A model generated the notes under the pieces. It had not been told where the DNA came from. It ran no database searches and worked only from the letters and a program-made list of their open reading frames with translations. This document shows, piece by piece, positions 8,148 through 17,807 of a stretch of 32,000 nt of DNA (the first letter of the stretch is position 1; each line of letters opens with the position of its first letter). Both the position numbers and the translations under genes were made by a program. The stretch is from an uncultured Chloroflexia bacterium (GTDB lineage Bacteria; Chloroflexota; Ktedonobacteria; Ktedonobacterales; JADMIN01), in contig CAVRAI010000013.1 in NCBI GenBank assembly GCA_963718915.1, positions 420,001 through 452,000 of the forward strand, in the 5' to 3' direction.

Positions 8148-11100
8148 TTGACGCTATTCGACGGCAAGATTTACCCAGAGGTTGGCGTGGCAGACGAGGC
8201 AACGCGCATCGAGCGGGCAGCGGCAGCGCTTCTCCGCTGGTTAGAGCAGCACAACAGCCCATGGCAGGGCGACCGCGTCCCGGTGGACACGCTGGTCGCG
8301 GCTATCGGGCTGGATGTGGCGCGCTTCCCCGCAGCGCTGCATCCGGGAACGCTGGGCTATCTGGAACCTGGCGAGGAGCTTATCTTCCTACGCGCTGGCC
8401 TGACGGAGCCTGTGCGCCGCTTCACACTGGCGCACGAGCTTGGCCACGCTGTACTACACCGGACCGATGGTCTGGCGGCGCACACGGCAGGGACGTGGCT
8501 GGCTCAGTCCAGAGAAGATGCTGGCGACGAGTGGTACGAATCGATCTGTGGCGACGATGATCTGGTCGCCGCGCTCGAGACCACTGGCGCGAAGAGCGAG
8601 CTGCTCGCCGCCGGTCAGGCCTATAGCGCACGCGCTCAGCGCGAGGGCGAGGCGAACGCATTCGCCGCGGCGCTGCTCCTCCCAACTGACCGGCTGCGCC
8701 AGGCTATTACGTCGCTCCGTGCTGGTGATAGCAAGCGTAATGTTACGCGACATCTGGCAACACGCTTTGGGGTCAGCGAAGATGTTCTCCTGCGCCGTCT
8801 CTGCGCCTTGCTCACGCTACCAGTGTCTTCACCTTCATCCACACAATCCACGGACGCGGGCCAGCCACTCCCATCCGTTGCCTCTACGCCCATACTTGAT
8901 GATGAGCAGCGTACGGCGGCCGCATCGGAGACGCCAGCGCTCATCATCGCGGGTCCAGGGTCAGGCAAGACGACTACCCTTGTGGCGCGCGTGGCCTATC
9001 TGGTGCGCGAGCGTGGCGTTTCCCCAGAGCGCGTGCTTGCGCTCACCTTCTCGCGCAAGGCCGCCCGCGAAATGGCCGAACGACTCGGTACGCTGCTCTG
9101 CGACACAGACCGAAACGAAGACGATGCGTCAGATGAACACGGCCCACTGGCGCAACCGCCCGGCCCAACAGTGAGCACCATCCACGCCTTCTGTGGCGAC
9201 ATGCTTCGCCGCTATGCGCCGCTGGTGGGACTGAGACCAGACTTCCGCCTGGTTGGCGAGGCCGAGGGCTATTTCCTGCTGCGCCGCGTCGCCAGCGGTT
9301 TGCATCTGCAACACTATATGCCACTCACCGCGCCAGCGCTCTATTTTCCCGACCTGCTCCGTGCTATCTCGCGCGCGAAGGATAGCCTGATCGAGCCTGA
9401 AGAGTACGCCGCCACCACACGGGCGATGCAGGATGAGGCAAAGACACCTGAGGATCGAACCGCCGCCGAACGCGCTCAGGAACTGGCCGCTGTCTATGCC
9501 GCATATCAACAGGCGCTCACAGCTCGTGGTGACGCCGACTTCGGCGATCTCGTCCGCCTCTGCGTCCGTCTGTTCCGCGACAATCCCGATGTGCTGGTAT
9601 CCGTTCGCCAGCGTTATAGCGCGGTGCTGGTGGATGAGTTTCAGGATATCAACCGTGCGATGGGAATCCTGCTGCGCCTGCTGACGGGCGAGGATGGTAC
9701 GCTCTGGGCGGTGGGAGACGCCGATCAGGCCATTTATCGCTTCCGCGGCGCATCGCCAGCCAACCTCGCACAGTTTACCAGCGAATATTCCGGCGCGCAT
9801 ATTCACCATCTCAGCGGCAACTATCGCTCGACGCCCACGATCATCGCGGCAGCGGAGGGCATCGCTCAGGCGCTGCTCCCCGGCGACAACCGCACGTCAT
9901 TGCGGCCGATTCGTTCCCCCGGCGCCACATTGCAGCAGGTAACGCTCGCCGTCGCCCCAGATGAAGCGGCCGAACATGCTGGACTGGTCAGAACGATTGC
10001 TTCCCACCAGCAGACTGGCTATGCATGGCGCGATCAGGCGGTGCTGTGCCGAACGCGCAAACAGGCGCGCGCAATGGTTGAAGCGCTGCATCAGGCGGAT
10101 ATTCCTACGCGCGTAGCGGCGCCACTGCTGGATCAGCCGCTCATCCGCGATGTGCTCGCCGTGTTGTCACTGCTGACGGAACCAGCAGGCGCAGGATTGT
10201 TACGGGCAGGTGATCTGCCAGGCCATCGGTTCACCAGAGCAGAGGCGCGCAAGGTTCTTACCACCGCACGCGATGCCCATATATCCGCGCGGGCACTGCT
10301 CATAGGCCGTCTCGACGAGGTCGCCGGGCTATCGGGGGCCGGGAAACGCGGCTTGCGGGCGCTGGGGAAGGCGCTGATGGAGTTGCGCGCGGCGCCTGAT
10401 GTCGCGACTGGTCTGGCGCGCTATTACTTCACCACAACCGGCCTCGGTTTCACACTGATGGAACGAGCGGCGGGCGGCAACGACGAAGCGCGCATGCAAT
10501 CCGGTGGGCTGAGCCACTTGATCGCGCTTGCCCGCCTTTTCGACGATTCACAGCGCGCGACCGAAGACGAACGCGAGCGTGCCCCAACCGTGTCAGCGGA
10601 CTGGAATGGCTTCCTCGAATATGTGCGTGTGCTACTCGGCACGCCACAGGGACGGGCTGGTGTTGAGGAAGACCCAACGAGCGAACAGCCTGACGCCGTC
10701 TGGGTGCTGACGGCGCATGCCAGCAAAGGGCTGGAGTTCCCGGTAGTATACGTGCCAGGTCTGGCAAGTGGACGCTTTCCGGCGCAGCGCCAGTGGGAGC
10801 GCGTCAAGCCGCCACTGTCAGACGGCGACGAGCCGAGCGATGCGGCGCATGACGAAGAGGAGACGTGCCTCTTCTATGTGGCAATTACCCGCGCGCGTGA
10901 TGAACTGGTTCTGAGCCGACCGGAGCGCCTCGGTCGTCGAAGCGCGCGCCCTTCACCGTTTCTCACGCCCATCGAGCGGCGACTTGGGAACAACCTGTCG
11001 CGGCTGGAGTGGCCCGCCACTGGCCCACGCGAGAGCACTCAGGAACGCGGAAGCGACGATGGCCATATCGGTGTGGCCGAATCGCCAGCCGACGATGAAA

Positions 11101-11948
11101 CGCTGAGCGTCTCCGCCATCGAGACCTATGCGCGTTGCCCTCGCCAGTACGCCTACCGCTACGTCGAGGGACTCTCCGCGTCCGACGGCAATCTCCCACG
11201 GATGCGTCGTGGCGTGCTCGAAGCGTTGCGGCTGCTCTATAGCGAACCGGGCGAAAATAACATCGCATCTGACCACAGCAGCGAAAACGGCGCTTCGACA
11301 TTGGCACATGCCCTCGAGCGCTTTGACGAGGTATGGACGGACCCACCTGCAGCAACCCAGCAGCCAGGAATCGCAGGCTCTAATGACTCTGACGAAGCTG
11401 CCGACGAGGGGCATGAGCGGCCATTTAACGATGTCTATCGCCGCTATGGACACCGTATCGTCGAGTCCGCGTGGCGCGAGTTGGCTGAGAGCGGTGAAAC
11501 TGGCGGTGTATCGGACAGACAGGTGGGATTCGAGGAGACGCTGGCAATCCCGATTGGCAGGCGTACTATCGCCCTCACCGTTGATCGTGTCGAGCGCGAT
11601 GCTCCCCCGGCTGAATCTGGCGCACCGACTCAGCCGAGACGACCAGCAGCAACTCACTACATCCGTGATCGCCTGGGAGCCGCATCGGATCGGCCAGACC
11701 TGCGCGCGCTGCTCTACACCCTGGCGGCTGAGCAACAGACGGGTAAAGGCGAGCATGTGGAGGTCAGCCAGCGCAACATGACGACAGGCGCGCGCGAGCC
11801 GGTAACGATACGACCCCGCCAGCGCGAGAACCTGCATGACGAGTTGGCATCCGCCATAGAGGGTATCTTGCGTAACGATTTCACGCCACGGCCCGAGACG
11901 CATCGCTGCCAGAGCTGTCCGTTCCTGTTAATCTGCCCGGCGCAATAA
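8148..11948 (+). CDS. Fusion protein: N-terminal ImmA/IrrE-type (M78) metallopeptidase, UvrD/PcrA-type SF1 helicase, and C-terminal PD-(D/E)XK Cas4/AddB-like nuclease with a Cys cluster
   Basis: Peptidase: FTLAHELGHAVLH (HEXXH) and EANAFAAALLLP. Helicase: IIAGPGSGKTTTL, LALTFSRKAAREM, VLVDEFQDINRA, WAVGDADQAIYRFRGA, VLTAHASKGLEFPVVYV, FYVAITRARDELV. Nuclease: SVSAIETYARCPRQYAYRY ... LTVDRVE ... HRCQSCPFLLICP. The start is uncertain: TTG 8148 has no SD, and an in-frame GTG at 8187 follows GAGG. Confidence 0.88.
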   Translation: MTLFDGKIYPEVGVADEATRIERAAAALLRWLEQHNSPWQGDRVPVDTLVAAIGLDVARFPAALHPGTLGYLEPGEELIFLRAGLTEPVRRFTLAHELGHAVLHRTDGLAAHTAGTWLAQSREDAGDEWYESICGDDDLVAALETTGAKSELLAAGQAYSARAQREGEANAFAAALLLPTDRLRQAITSLRAGDSKRNVTRHLATRFGVSEDVLLRRLCALLTLPVSSPSSTQSTDAGQPLPSVASTPILDDEQRTAAASETPALIIAGPGSGKTTTLVARVAYLVRERGVSPERVLALTFSRKAAREMAERLGTLLCDTDRNEDDASDEHGPLAQPPGPTVSTIHAFCGDMLRRYAPLVGLRPDFRLVGEAEGYFLLRRVASGLHLQHYMPLTAPALYFPDLLRAISRAKDSLIEPEEYAATTRAMQDEAKTPEDRTAAERAQELAAVYAAYQQALTARGDADFGDLVRLCVRLFRDNPDVLVSVRQRYSAVLVDEFQDINRAMGILLRLLTGEDGTLWAVGDADQAIYRFRGASPANLAQFTSEYSGAHIHHLSGNYRSTPTIIAAAEGIAQALLPGDNRTSLRPIRSPGATLQQVTLAVAPDEAAEHAGLVRTIASHQQTGYAWRDQAVLCRTRKQARAMVEALHQADIPTRVAAPLLDQPLIRDVLAVLSLLTEPAGAGLLRAGDLPGHRFTRAEARKVLTTARDAHISARALLIGRLDEVAGLSGAGKRGLRALGKALMELRAAPDVATGLARYYFTTTGLGFTLMERAAGGNDEARMQSGGLSHLIALARLFDDSQRATEDERERAPTVSADWNGFLEYVRVLLGTPQGRAGVEEDPTSEQPDAVWVLTAHASKGLEFPVVYVPGLASGRFPAQRQWERVKPPLSDGDEPSDAAHDEEETCLFYVAITRARDELVLSRPERLGRRSARPSPFLTPIERRLGNNLSRLEWPATGPRESTQERGSDDGHIGVAESPADDETLSVSAIETYARCPRQYAYRYVEGLSASDGNLPRMRRGVLEALRLLYSEPGENNIASDHSSENGASTLAHALERFDEVWTDPPAATQQPGIAGSNDSDEAADEGHERPFNDVYRRYGHRIVESAWRELAESGETGGVSDRQVGFEETLAIPIGRRTIALTVDRVERDAPPAESGAPTQPRRPAATHYIRDRLGAASDRPDLRALLYTLAAEQQTGKGEHVEVSQRNMTTGAREPVTIRPRQRENLHDELASAIEGILRNDFTPRPETHRCQSCPFLLICPAQ

Positions 11949-11959
11949 GGAGATAGATC

Positions 11960-12199
11960 ATGACCGAGCCTGAGAGCCACGACTGCTATATCGAGCGGTT
12001 TCCCCACCAGTTGCCGCACCGCGACGAGGCGAAGTTGCGCCCCTGCGGCCACTGGGCCTGCGATCCACACACCATCACCTACTACGGCACAGGTGAGGAG
12101 AACGACATTCGTGAGGGCGACTACTGCATGGTCTGCTACGAGCAGGCGCTCCCTGGAATGTGCCCCGACCGCGTGCTTCGCGACGCGCTACATGCTTAG
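11960..12199 (+). CDS. Small Cys/His-rich hypothetical protein (79 aa), possibly zinc-binding
   Basis: Strong RBS (taAGGAGatagatcATG) 11 nt after the helicase stop. Cys pattern C9, C29-x3-C33, C56-x2-C59, C68. No family recognised. Confidence 0.6.
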   Translation: MTEPESHDCYIERFPHQLPHRDEAKLRPCGHWACDPHTITYYGTGEENDIREGDYCMVCYEQALPGMCPDRVLRDALHA

Positions 12200-13413
12200 C
12201 CGGAATACTTGATGCGATAGATCAATCCGGCGGCGTCATCGCTGAGATAGAGCGCGCCATCTGGCCCAACGGCCAGCCCAACCGGCCGACCTGACATCGA
12301 GCCATTATGCAGCCAGCCCGTGGCGAAATCCTGTGGTGGGCCAGCGACGTGTCCCTGGCCATCGAGGGGGATATAGACGACCTTGTAGCCGGTCGGCACG
12401 CTGCGATTCCACGAGCCGTGATAAGCGACGAACAGACCGCGATAGCTGGCGGGGAATGCCGAGGCGGAATAGAAGGCCAGTCCCAGCGGCGCGGAATGGG
12501 CCTGAATCCTCACCAGCGGCTGCTCCACGCCATTACAGTCGCCTGGCTTGCCCATGTCAGGGTCGATGATATTGCCCGCGTGGCAGCGTGGCCAGCCATA
12601 GTTCGCGCCCGCACGCAGCGAATAGATGGTATCGGGCGGCGTGTTGTCGCCCATAAGGTCGCGCCCCATATTCGTCACCCATATCTCCTGTGTGACCGGA
12701 TTGATCGCCATCCCGACAGCATTACGCAGTCCGTACGCATAGCGATACCCGTCAGACCCATCGGGATTGTAGACCCAGACGGCGGCGCGGTGCGGGTCTG
12801 TCTCGTCGCAGACATTGCACGACGAGCCAATCGAGACATAGAGCTTGCCGTCCGGCCCGATAAGCACGGTGCGCGTGATGTGGTTACCGCCGCTGGGCAG
12901 GTCGGTGATGATGCGTCGCTGATTGCTGCCGTGCATGCTGGAGTCCACCGTCAACCGCGTAACACTCGATATCTCGCCCACATAGAGCGTATTCCCCTCA
13001 AAAGCCGCGCTGTTGGGCGACTGCAGGCCACTCGCCACAGTGACGTGTCGCGCCGCCTTACCAGTGGCGGGATCCATTGGAAGCGCGGTGACGCGCCCAC
13101 CGCCACTCTCGGTCACATAGAGCACGCCATCTGGCCCGAATGTGATGAATCGTGGCACACTCAGCCCGGATGCGTACACCTCAGCCGTAAACCCTGGTGG
13201 CAGATGCGGCGAGATCGCCCCGACCGTCCCCGTCACCGGGCGCACGCCTGTCAGCAGTTCGTGGATGGTGTGGCGATTCTGCCAGGCATAGCCAGCGATA
13301 CCAGCGAGCACCGCGACGATAAGGATCGCCACGATGACACGCCGGGTCAGTTTCTGGCGGCGCGCGGTCGGCTCTGACGGTAGCTGAGGCGCTGGGGTTG
13401 TCGGTGTTGCCAT
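12196..13413 (-). CDS. PQQ-dependent sugar dehydrogenase (soluble glucose/sorbosone dehydrogenase family) with an N-terminal TM anchor
   Basis: Beta-propeller motifs typical of the family: GLRNAVGMAINPVTQEIWVTNMGRDLMGDNTPPDTIY, GANYGWPRCH, SAPLGLAFY, GRPVGLAVGPDGALYLSDD. TM segment VIVAILIVAVLAGIAGYAW. Confidence 0.82.
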   Translation of the reverse strand: MATPTTPAPQLPSEPTARRQKLTRRVIVAILIVAVLAGIAGYAWQNRHTIHELLTGVRPVTGTVGAISPHLPPGFTAEVYASGLSVPRFITFGPDGVLYVTESGGGRVTALPMDPATGKAARHVTVASGLQSPNSAAFEGNTLYVGEISSVTRLTVDSSMHGSNQRRIITDLPSGGNHITRTVLIGPDGKLYVSIGSSCNVCDETDPHRAAVWVYNPDGSDGYRYAYGLRNAVGMAINPVTQEIWVTNMGRDLMGDNTPPDTIYSLRAGANYGWPRCHAGNIIDPDMGKPGDCNGVEQPLVRIQAHSAPLGLAFYSASAFPASYRGLFVAYHGSWNRSVPTGYKVVYIPLDGQGHVAGPPQDFATGWLHNGSMSGRPVGLAVGPDGALYLSDDAAGLIYRIKYSG

Positions 13414-13435
13414 GGTTCTCTACTCCATGCTTCGT

Positions 13436-14497
13436 TCAGGGCACGCGGGTTCTGACCACGGTTGTATCTATACCCGCAAGCACCGGACGACCTGCCAGCG
13501 CCATCGCCAGTTCCAGCTCATCGCGCAGTAACTCCAGCACATGTTGCGCGCCCTCAGCCCCCGCTGCCGCCAGTCCCCAGAGTACCGGACGACCGACGAA
13601 TACAGCGCGTGCCCCCAACGCGAGCGCCTTGAGCACATCCGTCCCCCGCCGCACACCGCCATCCAGATAGACCTCGCACCGGCCCGCGACCGCGCTGACG
13701 ACCTCCGGGAGGGCATCGATGGTTGCGGCCACCGTGTCGAGTTGCCGTCCACCGTGGTTCGAGACGAGAATCCCCGCGATGCCGCGCTCGGCGCACTGGT
13801 GCGCGTCTTCCGCCGTCAGAATGCCCTTGAGCGCCAGAGGCAGTGAGGTGATCGAGCGTAGCCACTCCACATCCGCCCAGGTGATCGCCGCGCCATCGAC
13901 TTCATCCTCGTCCCGATCAGGGAGAGGATCCTGAATGAAGTTGCCCGATGATGGCCACGAGAAGGTCGCCTCGCTGCGGGCGTGGCGCTCCTTCTGCCCC
14001 CAGCGCGACGAATCGACAGTTACCACGATTGCCCGGTAGCCAGCTGCCTCCGCTCGTTTGACTAGCCGCTCGGCATGCCCTCGTGTGCTGCTGGAGAAGT
14101 AGAGTTGAAACCAGAGCGGGCCAGTAGCCGCCTGCGCAATTTCTTCCAGCGGGCGGGTAGATTCGGTGCTCGCCGCCATCAGCGTGCCCAGCGCGCCAGC
14201 GGCCCGCGCCGTCGCGCATTCGCCCTCCTCACAGGCGGCGCCATGCATCGCCGACGGAGCGATGCAGATGGGCATCGCCACTGGCGTCCCAAGGAGCGTC
14301 GTCGCCGTAGTGATCTGGCTCACGTCCACCAGCACACGCGGACGAATCTGGATACGCTCGAACGCCGCCCGGTTTTCTCGCAACGTCACTTCGTCGTTCG
14401 CGCCGCCGCTGAAATAGTCCCATATAGCAGGATGCAGCCGTTCGTGGGCCAGCGCTTCGTACTCGAATAGATTGATTGGTCGCATTTGGCTCATCAT
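13436..14497 (-). CDS. FMN-dependent alpha-hydroxy-acid oxidase/dehydrogenase (glycolate oxidase / L-lactate dehydrogenase family)
   Basis: Family motifs PICIAPSAMH, WFQLY, VVTVDS, KGILTAEDA, ILVSNHGGRQLD, EVYLDGGVRRGTDVLKALALGA. Confidence 0.88.
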   Translation of the reverse strand: MMSQMRPINLFEYEALAHERLHPAIWDYFSGGANDEVTLRENRAAFERIQIRPRVLVDVSQITTATTLLGTPVAMPICIAPSAMHGAACEEGECATARAAGALGTLMAASTESTRPLEEIAQAATGPLWFQLYFSSSTRGHAERLVKRAEAAGYRAIVVTVDSSRWGQKERHARSEATFSWPSSGNFIQDPLPDRDEDEVDGAAITWADVEWLRSITSLPLALKGILTAEDAHQCAERGIAGILVSNHGGRQLDTVAATIDALPEVVSAVAGRCEVYLDGGVRRGTDVLKALALGARAVFVGRPVLWGLAAAGAEGAQHVLELLRDELELAMALAGRPVLAGIDTTVVRTRVP

Positions 14498-14517
14498 GCC
14501 TGACCATTCTTTATCAA

Positions 14518-17010
14518 TCAGTGCTGCAGCCCGCTCACGACTCTGGCATACTTATCGGCCAGCGCCTGCGCCGAGTCGCGCGAGGGTGACTCTGCCAGCA
14601 CATGGAAGAGCGGGCGGTCCGCATCGGGAAGAACAAGCACCCACTCAGTTCCAAGGTCGATCTTCACGCCGTCGATTGGGCTGCCACGCTGGGCGCGATA
14701 CTGCTCGCTGAGCATGCGCATCACCTTGCCCTTGTATTCCCACGGGCAGTTCACCTGCGTGCGAATCATGTGATAGGGCGGAAGCTGCGCCACGACCTCT
14801 GAGAGCTTCGTCTCGTAACGCGCCAGCGCCTCCAGCAGCTTCATCAGCGCGAACATGCCATCGAAGGCGGGATGCAACTGCGGGAAGACAAACCCACCGT
14901 TACCGTCTCCCACCATGACGACATTATCACGTGTGGCCGCACTAGTGAGCGCCTGCGACATCACCTTGGTATAGATGATCTTGCCCTTCTGGCGCGACGC
15001 CACCGTCTCAACCACACTCGGCGCCGTCACTGGCACAGCCACCGTGCCGCCATCACGCCCGCGCAGCATCAATTCGGCCATCGCGGCCAGCAACCGTCCG
15101 CCATCCAGCAGATGCCCACGATCATCCACCACATAGATACGCTCACCAGCGGTGTCGATGCGCACGCCCAGGTCCGTTTTCAGCGTACCTGTAATAGCGG
15201 CCAGCACCTCGATGTCGCGGTCGAACTCCTCGTTGGTGCGCGAGTAGCGTAGTGGGTCGCGGGTCGCGTTGAGCGCGATCACGTCGGCTCCAATCTCATT
15301 GAAGATTGACGACAGTGGATTGACGCTTGCGCCATGGCCGTAGTCTACGACGATACGGAAACCGCGTTTGCGCATCAGGTCGAGGTCCAGGTTGCGCAGA
15401 AAGGCGGCAGTATAGCGCGGGATAACCGACTGCGCATACTGAATCTGGCCGATGTCATCCAGATAGACGCGGCGGAAATCCTCGCGGAAGAAAAGATTTT
15501 CGATCTTGCGCTCAGTCCCTTTGCTGATATCCTGACCCTTCTGGTCGAAGAACTTGACATCAACTGTGCGCGGATCAAACGGCGAGAGACGGATATGCAC
15601 TCCGCCTGATGCATCAGTCGTGCGAACGTAGAACCGCGCGACCGGCAGTGGCACGTCCTCCAGATCCCAGACGTTGATACCCGCCGAGGGCAGCCCTGAA
15701 ATGATCGCGCGCTTGATCATCCGCGGTGTGCGGTGGGCATCGCGATTGACGCAGACCGTCGCGCCCTTCGAGAGAACCGCGCCGAACGCCGCCCCCAGGC
15801 GTGCGGCGAAATCAGGCGTAATATCAACATTCACCAGCCCAGTGACGCCATACCGACCGAAGAGCGAGCGTCTGCCCTGCGACCCCCAGATGATGCTGGA
15901 CGTGATGACCGCGCCCGTCTCAATCTCTTTATTCGGCCAGATCTTGACACCCGGCTGGACGATAGCCGCCTCGTTAATGACGGAGTGATCACCGATCACC
16001 GCGCCCTCGAACATCACCGCCCTGGCCTTGATGCTGGTCGAGGAGCCAACCAGCGCGCCCCGCAGTTCCGCCCGCTCGCCAATATACGAGTTGTTCCAGA
16101 CAACACTTCGGTCTACCTGCGCCCGGCTATCGACGATGGTATACGAACCAACCACGCTCGGGCCATGGATGACGACGCCGCTCTTGATCTTGGCATCATG
16201 GCCCAGGAAGACTGGACCAAACACCTGAGCATCGTCGGCGATATCGACGCCTTCCTCGGTAAACACCCGATTGCCGATATCTATACCGGGAACAGGCAGA
16301 TTCACCTGTCCCTGGAGGATGTCGGAGTTGGCCTGCATATACGTCGCCAGATTGCCGATGTCACACCAGTAGCCGTCGGCGATGAATCCATAGAGCGGAT
16401 CGCCTTTTTCCAGCATCAGCGGGAAGAGTTCCTGGCTGAAATCGTAGGGTTTGTCCTTCTCGAAGTAGCTGAAAATCTTGGGATCGAGCACATAAATACC
16501 GGTATTGATTGTATCGCTGAAGACCTCGCTCCAACTGGGCTTTTCCAGAAACTGGCGGATATGTCCCCGGTCATCCGTGATGATGACACCATATTCCAGC
16601 GGATTAGCGACGTGCGCCAGAGTGAGCGTCGCCATCGACTTATGTTCGGTGTGGAATGCGATGATCTTGCTGAGGTCAAAGTCGGTCAAGGCATCGCCAC
16701 TGATGACCAGGAATGGCTCGTCGAGTAAGTCTTCGGCATTCTTCACGCTGCCTGCGGTGCCAAGCGGAACCTCTTCGCGGGAGTAGTTGATATGCATGCC
16801 AAACTGCGACCCGTCGCCAAAATAGTCTTCGATGGCGCTGGCCATGTACTGCACGGTGACGATGACGTCGGTGATTCCGTGGCGTTTGAGCAGATTGAGG
16901 ATGTGCTCCATGACCGGACGCCCCACAATCGGCACCATCGGTTTCGGACGCGAGACGGTCAATGGTCTCAATCGCGAGCCTTCGCCGCCAGCCATCACTA
17001 CAGCTTTCAT
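14518..17010 (-). CDS. Fusion of a sugar-1-phosphate nucleotidyltransferase (mannose-1-P guanylyltransferase-like, with a left-handed beta-helix) and a phosphomannomutase/phosphoglucomutase-like domain
   Basis: N-terminus [33 protein letters not shown] (the GxGxRL NTP-transferase signature). Hexapeptide-repeat region around aa 250-370. The C-terminal roughly 445 aa is collinear with the four PMM/PGM domains. RBS GAGGGAGGG lies upstream of the ATG at 17010. Confidence 0.88.
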   Translation of the reverse strand: MKAVVMAGGEGSRLRPLTVSRPKPMVPIVGRPVMEHILNLLKRHGITDVIVTVQYMASAIEDYFGDGSQFGMHINYSREEVPLGTAGSVKNAEDLLDEPFLVISGDALTDFDLSKIIAFHTEHKSMATLTLAHVANPLEYGVIITDDRGHIRQFLEKPSWSEVFSDTINTGIYVLDPKIFSYFEKDKPYDFSQELFPLMLEKGDPLYGFIADGYWCDIGNLATYMQANSDILQGQVNLPVPGIDIGNRVFTEEGVDIADDAQVFGPVFLGHDAKIKSGVVIHGPSVVGSYTIVDSRAQVDRSVVWNNSYIGERAELRGALVGSSTSIKARAVMFEGAVIGDHSVINEAAIVQPGVKIWPNKEIETGAVITSSIIWGSQGRRSLFGRYGVTGLVNVDITPDFAARLGAAFGAVLSKGATVCVNRDAHRTPRMIKRAIISGLPSAGINVWDLEDVPLPVARFYVRTTDASGGVHIRLSPFDPRTVDVKFFDQKGQDISKGTERKIENLFFREDFRRVYLDDIGQIQYAQSVIPRYTAAFLRNLDLDLMRKRGFRIVVDYGHGASVNPLSSIFNEIGADVIALNATRDPLRYSRTNEEFDRDIEVLAAITGTLKTDLGVRIDTAGERIYVVDDRGHLLDGGRLLAAMAELMLRGRDGGTVAVPVTAPSVVETVASRQKGKIIYTKVMSQALTSAATRDNVVMVGDGNGGFVFPQLHPAFDGMFALMKLLEALARYETKLSEVVAQLPPYHMIRTQVNCPWEYKGKVMRMLSEQYRAQRGSPIDGVKIDLGTEWVLVLPDADRPLFHVLAESPSRDSAQALADKYARVVSGLQH

Positions 17011-17423
17011 AACACCGGCCCTCCCTCATCACCTGGTCGCATCATTGCCTAGCAGCGAGAAACGGAAGCGATATGTTCTGAACACCTGACCACACTGCTC
17101 AGCTGTGGGTCGGGCGGCTCGCGAAACGGGCTGGAGAAAGCGGAATAGCGATATTCCCAGGTTCTATGCTTCCTGACGAGGGGGATGCAGCCTTCGTCTC
17201 ATACCGCTTGCCTGTTCAGCCGTCGGAAACGTGCGACTGGCGGGTCGGTCTTTACGAGACATGGACAAAGTGAGCTTCCATCGCAGCACTGGAAATATCT
17301 TCCCTCAGTTTCTATCCTACCACAACTTGCGCGGGTCTTCTCGCTCAGACGACCACTTCTGGGAACAGAACAGGTGATGACTATGCGGAGTGTGACGGAC
17401 ATCACAAAACAGACAGAAAGAGA

Positions 17424-17459
17424 CGAGGCGGACTGTGGTGTGACCCACGTTCCGCCTCG
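17424..17459 (-). terminator. Intrinsic terminator of the 59-aa ORF
   Basis: cgaggcgga (17424-17432) pairs with tccgcctcg (17451-17459), and the loop contains a nested gtgg/ccac pairing. On the minus strand it is followed by ucucuuucugucuguuuugug. Confidence 0.6.
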
Positions 17460-17509
17460 CCATCTCGTGTCTGTACCAGTGTTCGTGCCGTGTGCGCTAT
17501 GCGATCAAG

Positions 17510-17689
17510 TCAATTCAGGCAGTTGTTGCCGCCCATGAGATCGATCCACTCAGCCAGTTGCCGTTTCTCCAGTTGCCAGGGATGCTCTTCCTCGTAGCGC
17601 TCTTGGAGAGCAATCAGGCGACAGGCTTCTTCCAGAGTAAATCCGGAATCCAGCAAGGCATCTATCAGTAAGTCTTCATACTGACCCAT
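17510..17689 (-). CDS. Orphan small hypothetical protein (59 aa, acidic, helical)
   Basis: The ATG at 17689 is preceded by GGGAGGTG at 5-nt spacing, and the terminator above follows the ORF. The longer 117-aa track version upstream is Cys/Arg-rich and lacks an RBS. No family recognised. Confidence 0.45.
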   Translation of the reverse strand: MGQYEDLLIDALLDSGFTLEEACRLIALQERYEEEHPWQLEKRQLAEWIDLMGGNNCLN

Positions 17690-17793
17690 GACGACACCTC
17701 CCATGTATGGTCCACAGGAGAGCAGCAGGTCAGGGCGTTGCATGCCGAGCAGATAGTGCCAAACGGCGCAACGCCGTTCTGCTCCCAGCCCGT

Positions 17794-17807
17794 AGAATAT
17801 ATATTCT
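17794..17807. repeat. Perfect 14-bp AT-rich palindrome AGAATATATATTCT (candidate operator or promoter element)
   Basis: Read directly. It lies about 105 nt upstream of the 59-aa ORF start, in otherwise GC-rich DNA. Confidence 0.4.

Noticed and set aside
12307-13377. Long antisense or alternate-frame ORFs, including 592..1305(+), 10953..11903(-), 12307..13377(+), 15733..16728(+), 6357..7127(+), 19186..19875(+), 22071..22706(+) and 29562..30464(-)
   Set aside because: All lie entirely inside well-supported genes and have Arg/Ala/Gly/Pro/Cys-rich compositions typical of open non-coding frames in high-GC DNA. They show no RBS and no recognisable motifs.
17185-17538. 117-aa plus-strand ORF in the 17.0-17.5 kb intergenic region
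   Set aside because: It is Cys/Arg/Ser-rich, lacks an RBS, and runs through the terminator hairpin and into the 3' end of the opposite-strand 59-aa gene. It is probably non-coding.
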